From: Cetorhinus maximus
Lineage: Eukaryota
Direction: 5' to 3'
Assembly: GCF_964194155.1 (NCBI RefSeq)
Contig: NC_135882.1
Location: forward strand, 15,996,001-16,060,000
Length of the DNA stretch: 64,000 bases
Part shown: positions 12,033-23,158 of the stretch, piece after piece
Layout of the letters: each line of letters starts with the position of its first letter
Position numbering within the stretch: the stretch's first letter is position 1
Notes under the pieces: model-generated
The model's input: only the letters and a program-made list of their open reading frames with translations
Told to the model about the DNA's origin: nothing
Database searches by the model: none
Made by a program: the position numbers and the translations under genes

Positions 12033-12664
12033 GGGGACGATTCTCCCCTTGTCAGGCGGGGCAGTGGGTGGGCCTGGGAGCACCCAGGAAACGATCCACC
12101 GCCCGCGATCGGGCCCCGACTGCGATTTCATGCTGGCTGGCCAAATAACAGCGAGCCAGTGTGAAACGCGCGCTGGGAGCCTCAGCGCTGTTGGGGTGAG
12201 TGTGGGCGGGAGGAGGGCGAGCGCAGGAGTTTATGCATGCGCCGGGGGGAGCGCTGACAGAAAGCTCCCTGAACACACAGAGCTGCCTCAGGGAGCTAAA
12301 GAATTTTAAAATGAAAAATAAATATTTAACAAATGGTATAAACATGTCCCCACATGTGACTCAGTCACATGAAGGGGGACATGTCAAAAACGATGGTAAA
12401 AATTTTTTAATGTTTTTTTATTTACTGTTGGAAACCTCATTCCGCCCGTGGATGAGGTTTTGTACAAAATACAAAGGCCGCCTGGCCTATTCACCCGCCC
12501 GCCAACCACAAGATTGGACAGGCAGCAAAAGAAACCTTTCACTTACTTCCTTCAGGGCCTTCATAGGCGTCTTAATTCGCGCCTGCCGTCGGAAATAGCG
12601 CGCATTATTTTACTCCCAATCGGGTCGGGTGTGCACCTGCCCGTGGGATGAAAAATTCTGCCCC
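12033..12664. mobile_element. Harbinger-type MITE (~670 bp family)
   Basis: TAA TSD on both sides and imperfect TIRs GGGGACGATTCT / AAAATTCTGCCCC. Internal palindromes acatgtcccc..catgtgactcagtcacatg..ggggacatgt and aaacctcat..atgaggttt. Confidence 0.85.
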
Positions 12665-12799
12665 TAAAATTGCAGCCTCACACACTGTGGTGTCTTGTCA
12701 TGTAAAGCGCCATTTCAATGAGCTACTACTCATACTCTTCTTGTTTTACTCTGTTCCCCCAGTGGATATGAGAGGAGATGGAATGACCCCAAACTCTGT

Positions 12800-13447
12800 G
12801 GGCTGAATTTTCCCGGCCTTGTGGAGATGGTGTTAAGGGTGATAGTGCGGGCGGACGTATTCCTGCCTTCTGGAAACTGACCCCGGGGTGTACTGGGAAC
12901 CAGGTTAACTGCTTGCTCCACAGAGGTGGGAAGCCAATTAAGGTAAATAAGAGTCCACTTAGGCACCATTTTGTGATGGCAACTGTATGTTTTTACCAAC
13001 ACTGGAACAGCCTGCAGTGCGGAGCCAGCAGTTCTGTTGAGGTAGCTTCCTGGTGGCAAATCCCATGAGAGGAGTGGGGGCTGGAGCGGGGCGCATGCAC
13101 CCCCTTTAACTACCCCAGGCCCAGAACCCCGAGGAGGGTTGGGTCACAGCCGCGACCACAAGCCATGCTGTGGAGGAGATGGCCTGGCAGCTGTGGCCGC
13201 ACTGACATTTAACAATTTAAGAAGTCTCCATCTTGAGGCACCCTCACAGTCCTCCACCTACATCAACGGCACCCACCTCACCCGGCCACTGCCTCGGACG
13301 CTCCACTTGGCTCTTCCGCCTGTGTTGCTCGCCCGCTGTCCCTACGTGGACAGCGATCAGGAGGGTGACCTACCAATTGGCCACCTCAGAGAAGATTGCA
13401 TATGGCCCCGGCATCAAGGCCCTGACACCCACTGGAAAATTCAGCCC
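12800..13447. mobile_element. Harbinger-type MITE
   Basis: Perfect 14-bp TIR GGGCTGAATTTTCC / GGAAAATTCAGCCC with 3-bp flanks TGT/TTT. Confidence 0.8.
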
Positions 13448-13932
13448 TTTATGCCACTTTGCGCGCTCCACTTGCACAATGGTTAGCGCCAGCACAGCCA
13501 TGTGCACTTTGTCGGGGTGGGGGGGGTGGGTCACTTACTGACTTACAGGACGACGTATTTGGGGGAGCACAGAGTACAAGTGAAGATTTGGAGGATCTAA
13601 GAAGGAACGGGTGACAAGAAAATGGAACGGCAGAAAAATAAACGCACCTTTTGTTTTACTGCCGACGCCCAACACCATCTTCAGGGCTGGGAGCTTTCTG
13701 GCTGCTCTTTTTTTAGGACAGACTAGGGTCTCTGGGCTGTTATATCATAGCAAGGCTACTGCTTCCTGTTGCAAACCTGCCAAAGAGTAAGCCTGTGTCC
13801 TGGGTGTGCTGGGCAGATTTCAATGCTCCACTAGATTGAGGCAGGGGGAGCACAGTTCAGACATGTACACGTCATGACTTGAGCCTTGGCAAGGGTTGAA
13901 GGGGAATATCAGCTTTCATCTCTTTAGCAGTG

Positions 13933-14304
13933 TAGGGTTGCTAACCCTCCAGGATTGGCCTGGGGTCTCCAGGAATTGAAGATCAATCTCCTGCTGTGTG
14001 CAGCCCTGGAGAAAACTCATCGGGACATTGAAACAGATTGTTGTTTTTTGGGGTTTTTGTTTGTCATTTTCTTTGAAAATTTCTCTCTACCGGATATCAA
14101 AATATTGAAAACAGCGGGGAGAAAAGGCTGTTTGACTGACAGTTAAGCATCATCCAATTGGATAAGGAGTCTTTTTGCTTTCCAGTTGGTGTGTAGGCAG
14201 TATGTCACAAGGATGGATGAGTTAGCCAACTGATGGCTGGAGCGTGGGGGCAAGTCATGTGATAACACCTCCAGGAGTGCATCTAATCACAGGTGACAAC
14301 CCTA
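13933..14304. mobile_element. Non-autonomous hAT-like (Blackjack-type termini) DNA transposon
   Basis: TIR TAGGGTTGCTA / TGACAACCCTA. The 8-bp flanks are only partly similar. Confidence 0.6.
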
Positions 14305-14584
14305 TCAGCAGGCAGAAGGGTACGGTGAAAATTCAGGAGAAAATAAGAGTTTGTGCTTATGAGTCAATATGAACACATCCAAATGCACACTGTGACTCCT
14401 TGGCCCAGTCTGCTACCCCGGACCAAGTTCAGGTCAAGTGAGATATCGGATCTCACCAAATAAGCCTCCCCAGACCAATCCAGAACTTTCCACTTCCTTG
14501 CCCAGCTGAAGTTAAATTTCAAATTTGTTTGCAATAAGTCTGCCCCGGGCTGCCAACATCCTCAAATGCGTGACAATTAGCCTA

Positions 14585-14709
14585 AACTCTGAAGAAGAGT
14601 CATACGGACTCAAAGCTTGACCTCGGTTTCTCGCTCCACAGATGCTGTCAGACCCGCATTTTCTGTTTTTATTTCAGATTTCCAGCATCTGCAATATTTT
14701 GCTTTTAAA
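14585..14709 (+). mobile_element. ~125-bp Penelope-derived mini-element beginning at a degenerate hammerhead
   Basis: 10-bp TSD AATTAGCCTA (14575-14584, 14710-14719). Starts aactCTGAAGAagagtcatacggactc (GAAA box mutated), followed by the same tail as 1741-1840. Confidence 0.7.
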
Positions 14710-15602
14710 AATTAGCCTATACCAGTAACTAGAGGAAATAATAAAAATTTTCTTTGGTTAAGTTCAACCTCTCGGACAGAGTCTGCTTGTAATTCTCAGT
14801 GTCTCTCTTTGATTTTACGACAATAGGTTAGTTGCTTCAGGATAAAAATGTAGCAGTTTTGTTAATAGGTCAAATGCACCATGGGAACATTTCCCTAAGC
14901 AAAACTCTAGGCAATTTCTCAATGAATGAGACACAAGGGTGGAAAGTGGTTAACACTCAAATGCATAATGCTGGTGACAGGTAAAACTCAACGCAGTCAT
15001 GTTTTTGATCCATTTAGTTTGTGGTAACCCAAGCACAATATTCAACAATACACAGAGACCCGGCACTGAATAGATATGCCAATTATGTTCTTCGAAGTGA
15101 ACTACAATCCTCAGTTAAATGAGCCCATCTGATTGAATGCAAAACGGCACAGAAATCTTCAAGTACTGCACAACACAATTTTAATTTCCAGGGACTCTCT
15201 TCTCCCACAAAATAAAGATGAATGCAATCAAAGTCTAAGAGAGCACTGAAAGATGGTCATCAACTCAGCAGGTATATTCTGCTCACATTAGGAAAAATAG
15301 TTTCCTCAGTTGTCACACATCCAATAAAAAATCCATCTCCATCATTAATTTAGTTACATAATTTCCATTTAGTTTGAGTGCTAGTTTGTGGAGCTTTAGT
15401 TGAAATGAATACAGTTCATCCCCTTACTGACTAGTGGTCCAATCCAAGGTTTAGGGCTGGCCTTCATTTCTATTTTACAGATGCAAAGCAATATTAATGG
15501 GATTGAGAAGGGATGCGATTGGCAGGTTCCCTGGTCAAATCATGAAGTACAGCACAAAGAGAGGCCACTCGGCCCATCGATTCTTTTGCCCTCTTCTCAC
15601 GA

Positions 15603-15830
15603 ACAACAGCAGCTTGTACTTATGTAGCCCCTTTAATGTAATAAGATGCCCCATAGTGCTTCACAGGAGCATTGTAAAGAAAAATTTGACACCAAGACAC
15701 ATAAGCAGATATTAGTGCAATTGACCAAAAGCTTGGTCAAAGAGGTCGGCCTTAAGGAGTATCTTAAAGGAGGAAAGAGGCGTAGAGAAATGGAAAGTTT
15801 AGGGAGGGAATTCTAGAGCTTAGTGCCTTG
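15603..15830 (-). mobile_element. L2 LINE 3' tail
   Basis: tgcttcacaggagc...aaatttgacacc...tgaccaaaagcttggtcaaagagg. Reverse-complement match to 28320-28525. Confidence 0.7.
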
Positions 15831-17004
15831 GTAAAGGTACGGATGCCAATTGTGCAGTGATTAAAGTCGGAGACAATTCAGTCTTTTATTTACCCTAAAC
15901 TCTTCACCTAAGTACATAACTTGCTACCAAAATGGCCGTCAATGAAGCCACACCTAGCCCCCTACCACTGTTACACTGGAGGGGTCAATGAGACATGTAA
16001 CAGTCACCTCAGGATACTCTCATACTGATTGCTTCTCGTCTCTGCCAATTTTGTCCTTGCTCCCACAACTCCAAGGCTCAAATCATAAACTCAGCACCAT
16101 GCAGAAGTGGAACCTATGTCTCTTCATCCCTTTACCCATGTTGTGCTACTTTCTAACACTGTAAAAGCCATTGCAAGAGGTTTGCTGATACATATAGCAA
16201 TTGTTAGTTAAATAATAGATGGTGTCTAGGTGGGAGTAAGCACACAGCAGCAATTATGCTCCAAGGTCTCTTTTTTGCACTATTGTTGCTATTTTTGGAT
16301 GAAACATTCCATTGTGTCCGGAAATAAACAGAGCCAGTCATTACCACACTAATATGAGCGTTTATTCAGACATACACTGGATATTGTTATTCTTGCTCAT
16401 TACATACAAGGTGCATTTCTTCCCATGTAATAGAACTGGACATTGCTTCAGTTTTGATTCACAACTGTCCAAGGTTGCTGTCACTTTGAAATGGAACTTC
16501 TATATCACCAAATAAAATAATGTAGTTTCAATCAGTAAGTTTATGTATTTGCACTTTGTCAATTTGGGATTTGATTCTGTGAGGTTCCACACCATTGTCA
16601 ACCTTGATGCCTTCCCTCAATTTCACAAAAAAACAGGAAAACACAAGTCCTTCACTATGTTCTGTATGACAACAGTGAAGGTTGTTTGTAGAAATATTTT
16701 TTGAAGAATTATAGGGTCTGACCCATACTCTCCAGCTCAGTCGGATGCCTCTATTCACACCTGGCTAGCGATGTTCCCTTTTTCCACTTATAAAGGTTTG
16801 CAGTCCATAAGTGATGCCACAAGGGACTGTAGATATCCCTCACCATTATAGAGGCAATTGGTTACAAAGCTTAAGGGGCACCACTCCACATCAGTTATGA
16901 GGCAGGGCAAGAAGGCAGCCAAAAAAGAATTGAACCTGGGTTGTTGACATTATTCAGAACCACATACGAGCCATTTAGCCAACTGAGCTAACTGGCCACC
17001 TTTC

Positions 17005-17370
17005 CAGCATGCACCATCTACAAAATGTATTGCAGCAACTCACTAAGGCTTCATCACCAGCACCACCCAAACCCATGACCTCTACCACCTAGAAGGACAA
17101 GTACAGCAAGCACATGAGAATACTGCTACCTCCATGTTCCGCTCCAAGTCACAAACTACCCTGACTTGGAAATAAATGGCTGTTCCTTCATTGCCACCAG
17201 ATCAAAATGTTGGAACTCCCTCCCTTAAAGCAGTATGGGAGCACCTTCATCACACAGATTGCAGCCAAGAAGGTGGCTTGGAACTACCTTCTCAAGGGCA
17301 ATTAGGAATGGGCAATTAATGTTGGCCTTGCCAGTGATGCTTATATGGCACTAATGAATAGGTAAAAAAT
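17005..17370 (+). mobile_element. 3' tail of the 2815-3933 LINE family
   Basis: Colinear similarity to 3570-3930. Confidence 0.75.
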
Positions 17371-17667
17371 AATAAAAATCTGAACACGAACTGCAGCAAA
17401 TTTTAGTATTTCATAAAATCTTTAATACCCGGACAGTAATTGGTGCAGGAACCCTGATTGAATTCAGCGTGCCTTACAGATAGACCTTCGAAAGCTCAAC
17501 AAGTTACAAATGAAGCATCTGCTGTAGTGTCAAGGCATTGTTAGTGGGCTAGCATGCTCGAGGCCTGGATTATTCATCCTGAGAATCTATGTTTAATACC
17601 CACCATGGGAGTTTGAGAAATAGTCGTTTGGTAGTACAGACTTGAGTATGGTTGAAAAAAGAGATAT

Positions 17668-17699
17668 GTCAAAGCTTTTCATCTTGCACTCATCAGGAC
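17668..17699 (-). ncRNA. Minimal hammerhead ribozyme in the inverted pLTR
   Basis: Minus strand GUC-CUGAUGA-GUGCAAGAU-GAAA-AGCUUU-GAC: core boxes, stem I GUC/GAC and palindromic AAGCUU stem III. A degenerate, truncated plus-strand copy is at 18948-18972. Confidence 0.65.
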
Positions 17700-17949
17700 G
17701 TTTCACAAGAATACTAATATAAGGGGAAAATAACAATTTATACTGTATGTGAAGAGAGTGCTGATTGGTTGGCAAGTGGACTCTGATTGGTAGAGGCGTT
17801 GCCATGGCGAATGCACCAGTGATGGTGACTGACAGTTAACTGCCAAGCATTGTTTGAAATTTAAACAAGGCAGCATGACCCTGATTGGTTAAGGCATTGC
17901 CCTGAGGAATGAGTCAGTGAATAGCTGTTACTTATTTTGTTTATGCAAG

Positions 17950-18690
17950 CCTACCTTCATTGGTCAATATATGTGTTGGGATTCTTACAGTTCCACACGC
18001 TATAAGATTGGTCTTATCGGCAACTTTGTAAATCCATTTGCTCACCATGCAAGCTTGATGCTGAAATAGGGCGCACAAAAGGCATCCTGCAGGATAATGG
18101 CTACCCTGATCAGATAATTTCGCGCTGTATATCGCGTAAACATAAGACCATCACTTTCGGCCCTGAAAAGTGCCCATTCTACCTCAGATTACCCTGGAAG
18201 GGCAAGGTATCTCAAAAATTTGAGCAACAGGTGAAGCCAGCTGTTTCATGCTGCTAACACAAGTGGTATTCGCCACTAACAGGATGGTGTTGTCAAGCCA
18301 AAAAGACATTCTGTCTATCACACAAATGAGTAATGTGGTATATGAATTTCAGTACCAATGTGGTGCAAGGCATGTAGGCTGTATGTCCCAAAGGCTGGTG
18401 GATCGTGTTAAACAGCATGTCCCAGCTGCTGTTCACAATGGGCAAGGTACAGACTGTAACCATCCAGCCCATGCTTGCAAACCTCAAAACACAGTGTCTA
18501 AAGTTAGATTTGATTCTCCAATTGGACAACATTTGCTAAATAATCCTTAATGTGCTAAGAATTACGCTGACAGCCAATTCAGATTATTAGTTGGGGCTCA
18601 CAGTGTGGCACATTTGCGCACTGGAAGCTACATATATTAATACACCGGGCCTGGTTCTTTGCAGGCAGAAAGAACACGTACACACATTGC
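17950..18690 (+). pseudogene. Penelope ORF C-terminus (post-RT linker and GIY-YIG endonuclease)
   Basis: ILQDNGYP, YLRLPWKG, and MSNVVYEFQYQCGARHVGCMSQRLVDRVKQH...SPIGQHL, the GIY-YIG pattern VVY...C.C...[Y]VG...RL..R..QH. Frameshifted. Confidence 0.85.
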
Positions 18691-20191
18691 ACCTGTTTTA
18701 GCTAAACAAAATAAGTGACAGCCATTCGCTGCCTCATTCCTCAGGGCAATGCCTTGACCAATCAGGGTCAATCTGCTTGGTTTAAATTTCAAACAATGCT
18801 TGGCAGTTAACTGTCAAATCACCATCACTGGTGCATTCTCCATGGCAATGTCTCCACCAATCAGAGCCCATTTGCCAACTAATCAGCACTATCTTCACAT
18901 ACAGTAAAAATTGCTGTTTTCCTCTTATATTGGTAATCTTTTGAAGTGTCCTGATGCATGCAAGATGAAAAGGAGTTTGAGAACTTGAGTTCGGTTTTAA
19001 AAACTTGGAAATTAAAAAACTGGTATCAATAAAAGCAACCGTGAAGCTGTCAGATTGTTGTAAAAGCCCAACTGGTTCATTAATCCCTTGGGAAAGTAAA
19101 TCTGCTGTCCCTACCTACTCTGGCCCAATATAAGATCCCGGTCCTTCATCAATGTGGTTGACTCTGAACTGCCCAGCAAGCCAATCGGTTGTATCAAACT
19201 ACAATGATGTCGATTGCAGCAGTCCAAGAAACTGGCCCAGCATCACCAGCTAAGGGCAACTAGGGATGGACAATAGCTGCCGGCCTGGCTACTGATGTGC
19301 ACACCCTGAGAATGGTGATGCTGGAGTCCTTCAATTCTTTCAAAAACGCTCCTCAAAGAAGCCTTCACTGTTTTCATACAGAACCTAAGAGACTGAAGGC
19401 GCAAGTGTCTCGTGGTGGGGACGCATTTATTAATAGTCCTGGATGAAAAGCTATGAAGGTCCCACGTGGGATTTTTTTTTTAAATGTTCCATTTATTGCT
19501 GCTGGGCATTGGCAAGCGCCAAAAAGGAAGAATGTGCAGCAGCAGACTGAAGCGCACAGTAGAACATATCAAAGAATATGCAGTCAGACAGCCCACACTC
19601 ACAACTGCCAATTATCATCCCATGGTGTCTCAGGCCTGGTCAGGCCTCATATATTTTAAGCTCTGACTGTGATTACAGTCCATTGACTGAAATGTTGAGC
19701 AATGCATCAATCTGGCAGTTAAGAGTACTTTGGAAGTTTCAATCTCAGTTTACTGTACAATTACTGTGGTTCGGGAAGGTTGATTGTGATAGCAAAGTGA
19801 AATTATATATGATTGCAGCATGTCAAAGGTGGTCAGTACAATGAGAGACTAAAAGAGCATAGCCAATGTTTGTGTTGTTGCTTTATTATTTTTAGCTATA
19901 TGGACTCCCTATTAACATCTGTGAAAGTTGGACAAAGCCTATTTGCTGGTTACTGGTTTAATATCTGCAGCGGTTTTTTCTTTCACAATGTCAGGGACAA
20001 CATCTTTTTCATATATTTCCTGTTATTCTATCTTTCTGATTCTCTACGTCACCTCTGAGCGATCACAAAATAACAACTCACTACCTTTGGGGCTGCTCAT
20101 TGCATTGTGAAACACTTTTGGCTACTTCTGAGAAACATTACTGAGCACTTCTATAAATACAGTTGTCAGTCTTTCTTTCCTCATCCTTGAA

Positions 20192-20960
20192 GTGTCGGTC
20201 TTGGCTCAGTGATATAACATTCTTGCCAGGGTTTGAAGATCGAGACCCTTTTCTCATTCGTTCAAAGGATGTGGGCGTCAATGGCTAGACCATCATGTAT
20301 TGTCCATCCCTAATTGCCCTTGTTCAGAGGGCATTTAAGAGTCAACCACATTGCTGTGGTTCTGGTGCCACATCTAGGCCAGACCAGGTAAGGACGGCAG
20401 ATTTCCTCCCCTAAAGGATGCCAGTGAACTGGTTAGTTTTTTTGCAACAATTGACAATGGTTTCACGCTCATCATCAGACTTTTAATTCCAGGTTTTTAT
20501 TGGATTCAATTTCCACTGTGGTGTGATTTGAACCCAGATCCCCAGAGCATTACCCTGGTTCCCTGGAATACAAGTACAGTGACAATAACACTACGCCACT
20601 GCCTCCCCCCCAAGCCTTGGTTCAAGGCTAGCATTCCAGTGTCGCACTGAAGGAGGTGAAGCTTTAACTGAGGCTTCATTTTCCCTCTCTAGGTGGTAAA
20701 AGATCCCATGACATACTTTCGAAGAAGAGCAGGAGAGTTATCCCTGGTGTCCTCGCCAATATTTATCCTTCAGTCAGTAGCGCTAAAACAGATGATCTGG
20801 TCATTATCACACTGCAGTTTGTGGGATCTTGGTGTGCACAAACAGGCTGCTGTGTTTCCTGCATGGCAACAGGGACTACGCTTCCAAAGTATTTCATTCA
20901 CTGTAAAGCTCTGTGGGACATCCTAAGGCCAAAAAAGGCACTGTATAAATGCAATCTGTC
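20192..20960 (+). mobile_element. Deu-domain SINE with a nested antisense SINE A (about 20250-20610)
   Basis: Head ggtcttggctcagtg and Deu core gtaaaagatcccatg are separated by the reverse complement of a SINE A. Confidence 0.7.
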
Positions 20961-21989
20961 TTTCTTCAGCTAATAGTGCAGGGTTGTCTTGCTGCTAAGA
21001 TGGTTTTGCCATATTACATAACTGGCCAACTTGAAGGGCGTTTGTGTGGGCAGGAATTGGTCCTGTTGTTTTCTCCTTCCCATGAATTGGAGCAGTCACT
21101 GATGAGCAGTGTGCTGCCTAATGGCATGCTGTGTACTGCCAGGTTGCCCCAGCTGAAAGCAGGAGAGTTTGACTTTGTATTGAGATTGGCAGCAGAGTCT
21201 GTGACCACTTCAGTTGACTTTCTGCAGTCGTGGAGCTACTGGCAGAGCTTCCTGTATTAACAATGAAAGTATCGCTACTCTTGGTGAGGCACTTTGACAT
21301 GATGGGACAGCTAGAATTAAAAAGTCATTCCAGGACACTGCCTTCAGCAAAACGCAGCAAGTTTACATCAGTGTTGAAGCCAACTGTGCAAGAGTGGAAT
21401 ACCAAGAGGCGGCGGTCTTTGCAGCCCACTAAACCCAATTTAAAAGCAGCATTTAGTGTGACTGGAGTACAGTGGAATCGGAATACCATCTTATTTTTAT
21501 TACAATGTCGTGATCTCACACAGGCAGCGGCTCCTTATTAATTTACTGGTGTAGAATTCTTCCCAGTTTTATTCCGTGCCCTCTCCACTTCCCTCAAGGG
21601 CATAGACTTCTAACTAGAGTACAGTTCTAATGAGGCCAGGAGCTATCTGATACTTCGTTCAAATGGCATTTATTTATGTTTGAGCAGAAGCAGTGAATGA
21701 CAGCAGGCCATTGAACCAGGGAGGGCATCACAGCCTAACCCTTATCTTGTTCTTACCCAACATTCACAAACACAAAAACCTAGTGATCAGGAACAGGAAC
21801 CCTAGTGAGCGGTCCACTCCCAGGAATGTTATGATTGATTAGACCACTGTCAATGTTGCCCTGTTGAGATTACCCAGCCTGCTAATCAAACCTTCGGACC
21901 TTTACCTCATCGGTTAAACTCGTCGAACGGCTGGAAGAGCTAAACATGAGAACTCCAGAGTGTGTCACCAAGGCAATATATTTCCTGAA

Positions 21990-22270
21990 ATGAAACTGGT
22001 ACCACAACATTGGAGGTGTGGTCCTTCAGATGCAGCATTGAACTAAGGCTCTGGCAGCGTGCTGAGGTTCTCATAAACAGTCCCATGATACTATTTAAAA
22101 AACAAACAGGGAAGTTCTCTGGTTCTGCAGGTCAATATTTGTCCCTCAACCAACCCCACTGAAAACAGAATATCTGGTCATTTCTCTCATTGCTTTATGT
22201 GGGATCTTGCTGTGTGCAAATGAGCTGCCGCGTTTCCTACATTAGACTGGTAACAGAAGTACTTGAAATA
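21990..22270 (+). mobile_element. Deu-domain SINE, degenerate
   Basis: ggaggtgtggtccttcagatg...tcccatgatactattt...gtgggatcttgctgtgtgcaaat. Confidence 0.65.
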
Positions 22271-23011
22271 TAAATGTAAGTACGCGATTTTTTTTTCCAT
22301 AATTTGACCAATTGACGTTCTTATTGACCAGTGGGTGGAAATCAGTGGAGGAGTTAGAATGGCAACATCAGTACACGGTGAACTATATCTGGAGGAGGCG
22401 TGTCTACCTACAGAGAGTGGGAAGCTATACCCCATAAAACACAACCATAGCACCCATGCAGATCAATCACCTGAGCATGTGCATAATGTTTCCACTCCAC
22501 ATTGTCACCTCCTTCTTACGGAGGTGTGTGTGTCTGAATTTGTGCTTGTGGTCGTGAAATAAAACCTGAAGTTCAACTCTATAAAAGATGTTGTAGCTCA
22601 TACGCTGGGCTTTGCTGCATTATAGGCCTTGTCATACCGCAGACCAGTTTGTACGTCGCCTCAGCAGAGTGCAATGCAAGGGTGCAGTAGTCGCTAAGCT
22701 GTTCCTGTGTGAGTTGATATATATAAATAACAGAGCAAGATAAGAGCCTAACATGTGAAAATACAGCATCAACTTTAAAAGAGGCAACAGATACATGGGT
22801 GCTAATCTGAACAGTGGTAGTCCTTGCACAAGGAGATCAATTAAGCATGTTGAGAAATTAATTTGACAAATTAAACGCAGGCGATCTCTGAAGCTTGTTC
22901 AGCCTTATAGCTGTAGAGCTCTCTGCCAATCGAAGTTCGCATAATCATTAACAAAAACAAAAGTACCTGGAAAAACTCAGCGGGTCTGGCAGCATCTGCG
23001 GAGAGGAACAC

Positions 23012-23050
23012 AGTTAACGTTTCGAGTCCGAATGACCCTTCAACAGAACT
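23012..23050 (-). ncRNA. Minimal hammerhead ribozyme variant (CUGUUGA core)
   Basis: Reverse complement of 23120-23158. Confidence 0.55.
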
Positions 23051-23119
23051 AAGTAAAAATAGAAGAGAGGTGAAATATAAGCTGGTTTAAGGGGCTTCAC
23101 CTCTCTTCTATTTTTACTT

Positions 23120-23158
23120 AGTTCTGTTGAAGGGTCATTCGGACTCGAAACGTTAACT
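23120..23158 (+). ncRNA. Minimal hammerhead ribozyme variant (CUGUUGA core)
   Basis: AGUU-CUGUUGA-A-GGGUC-AUUCG-GACUC-GAAA-CGUU-AACU. Core position A6 is replaced by U. Confidence 0.55.

Larger units (their letters stand above)
17620..18971 (+). mobile_element. 5'-truncated Penelope-like retroelement with inverted pLTR
   Basis: 12-bp TSD GGAGTTTGAGAA (17608-17619, 18972-18983). ~17677-17943 is an inverted copy of ~18704-18971. A GIY-YIG remnant lies between them. Confidence 0.88.
17520..19310 (+). mobile_element. SINE family A interrupted by a Penelope insertion
   Basis: Head at 17520-17619 and body/tail at 18972-19310, similar to 160-505. Confidence 0.6.

Noticed and set aside
19389-19446. 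Plus-strand terminal exon (ttttcatacag then PKRLKAQVSRGGDAFINSPG*)
   Set aside because: It is short, unrecognised and has no upstream partner exon, so it is compatible with chance.
22305-22620. Possible solo LTR with AATAAA
   Set aside because: I could not define TG...CA ends with a TSD.
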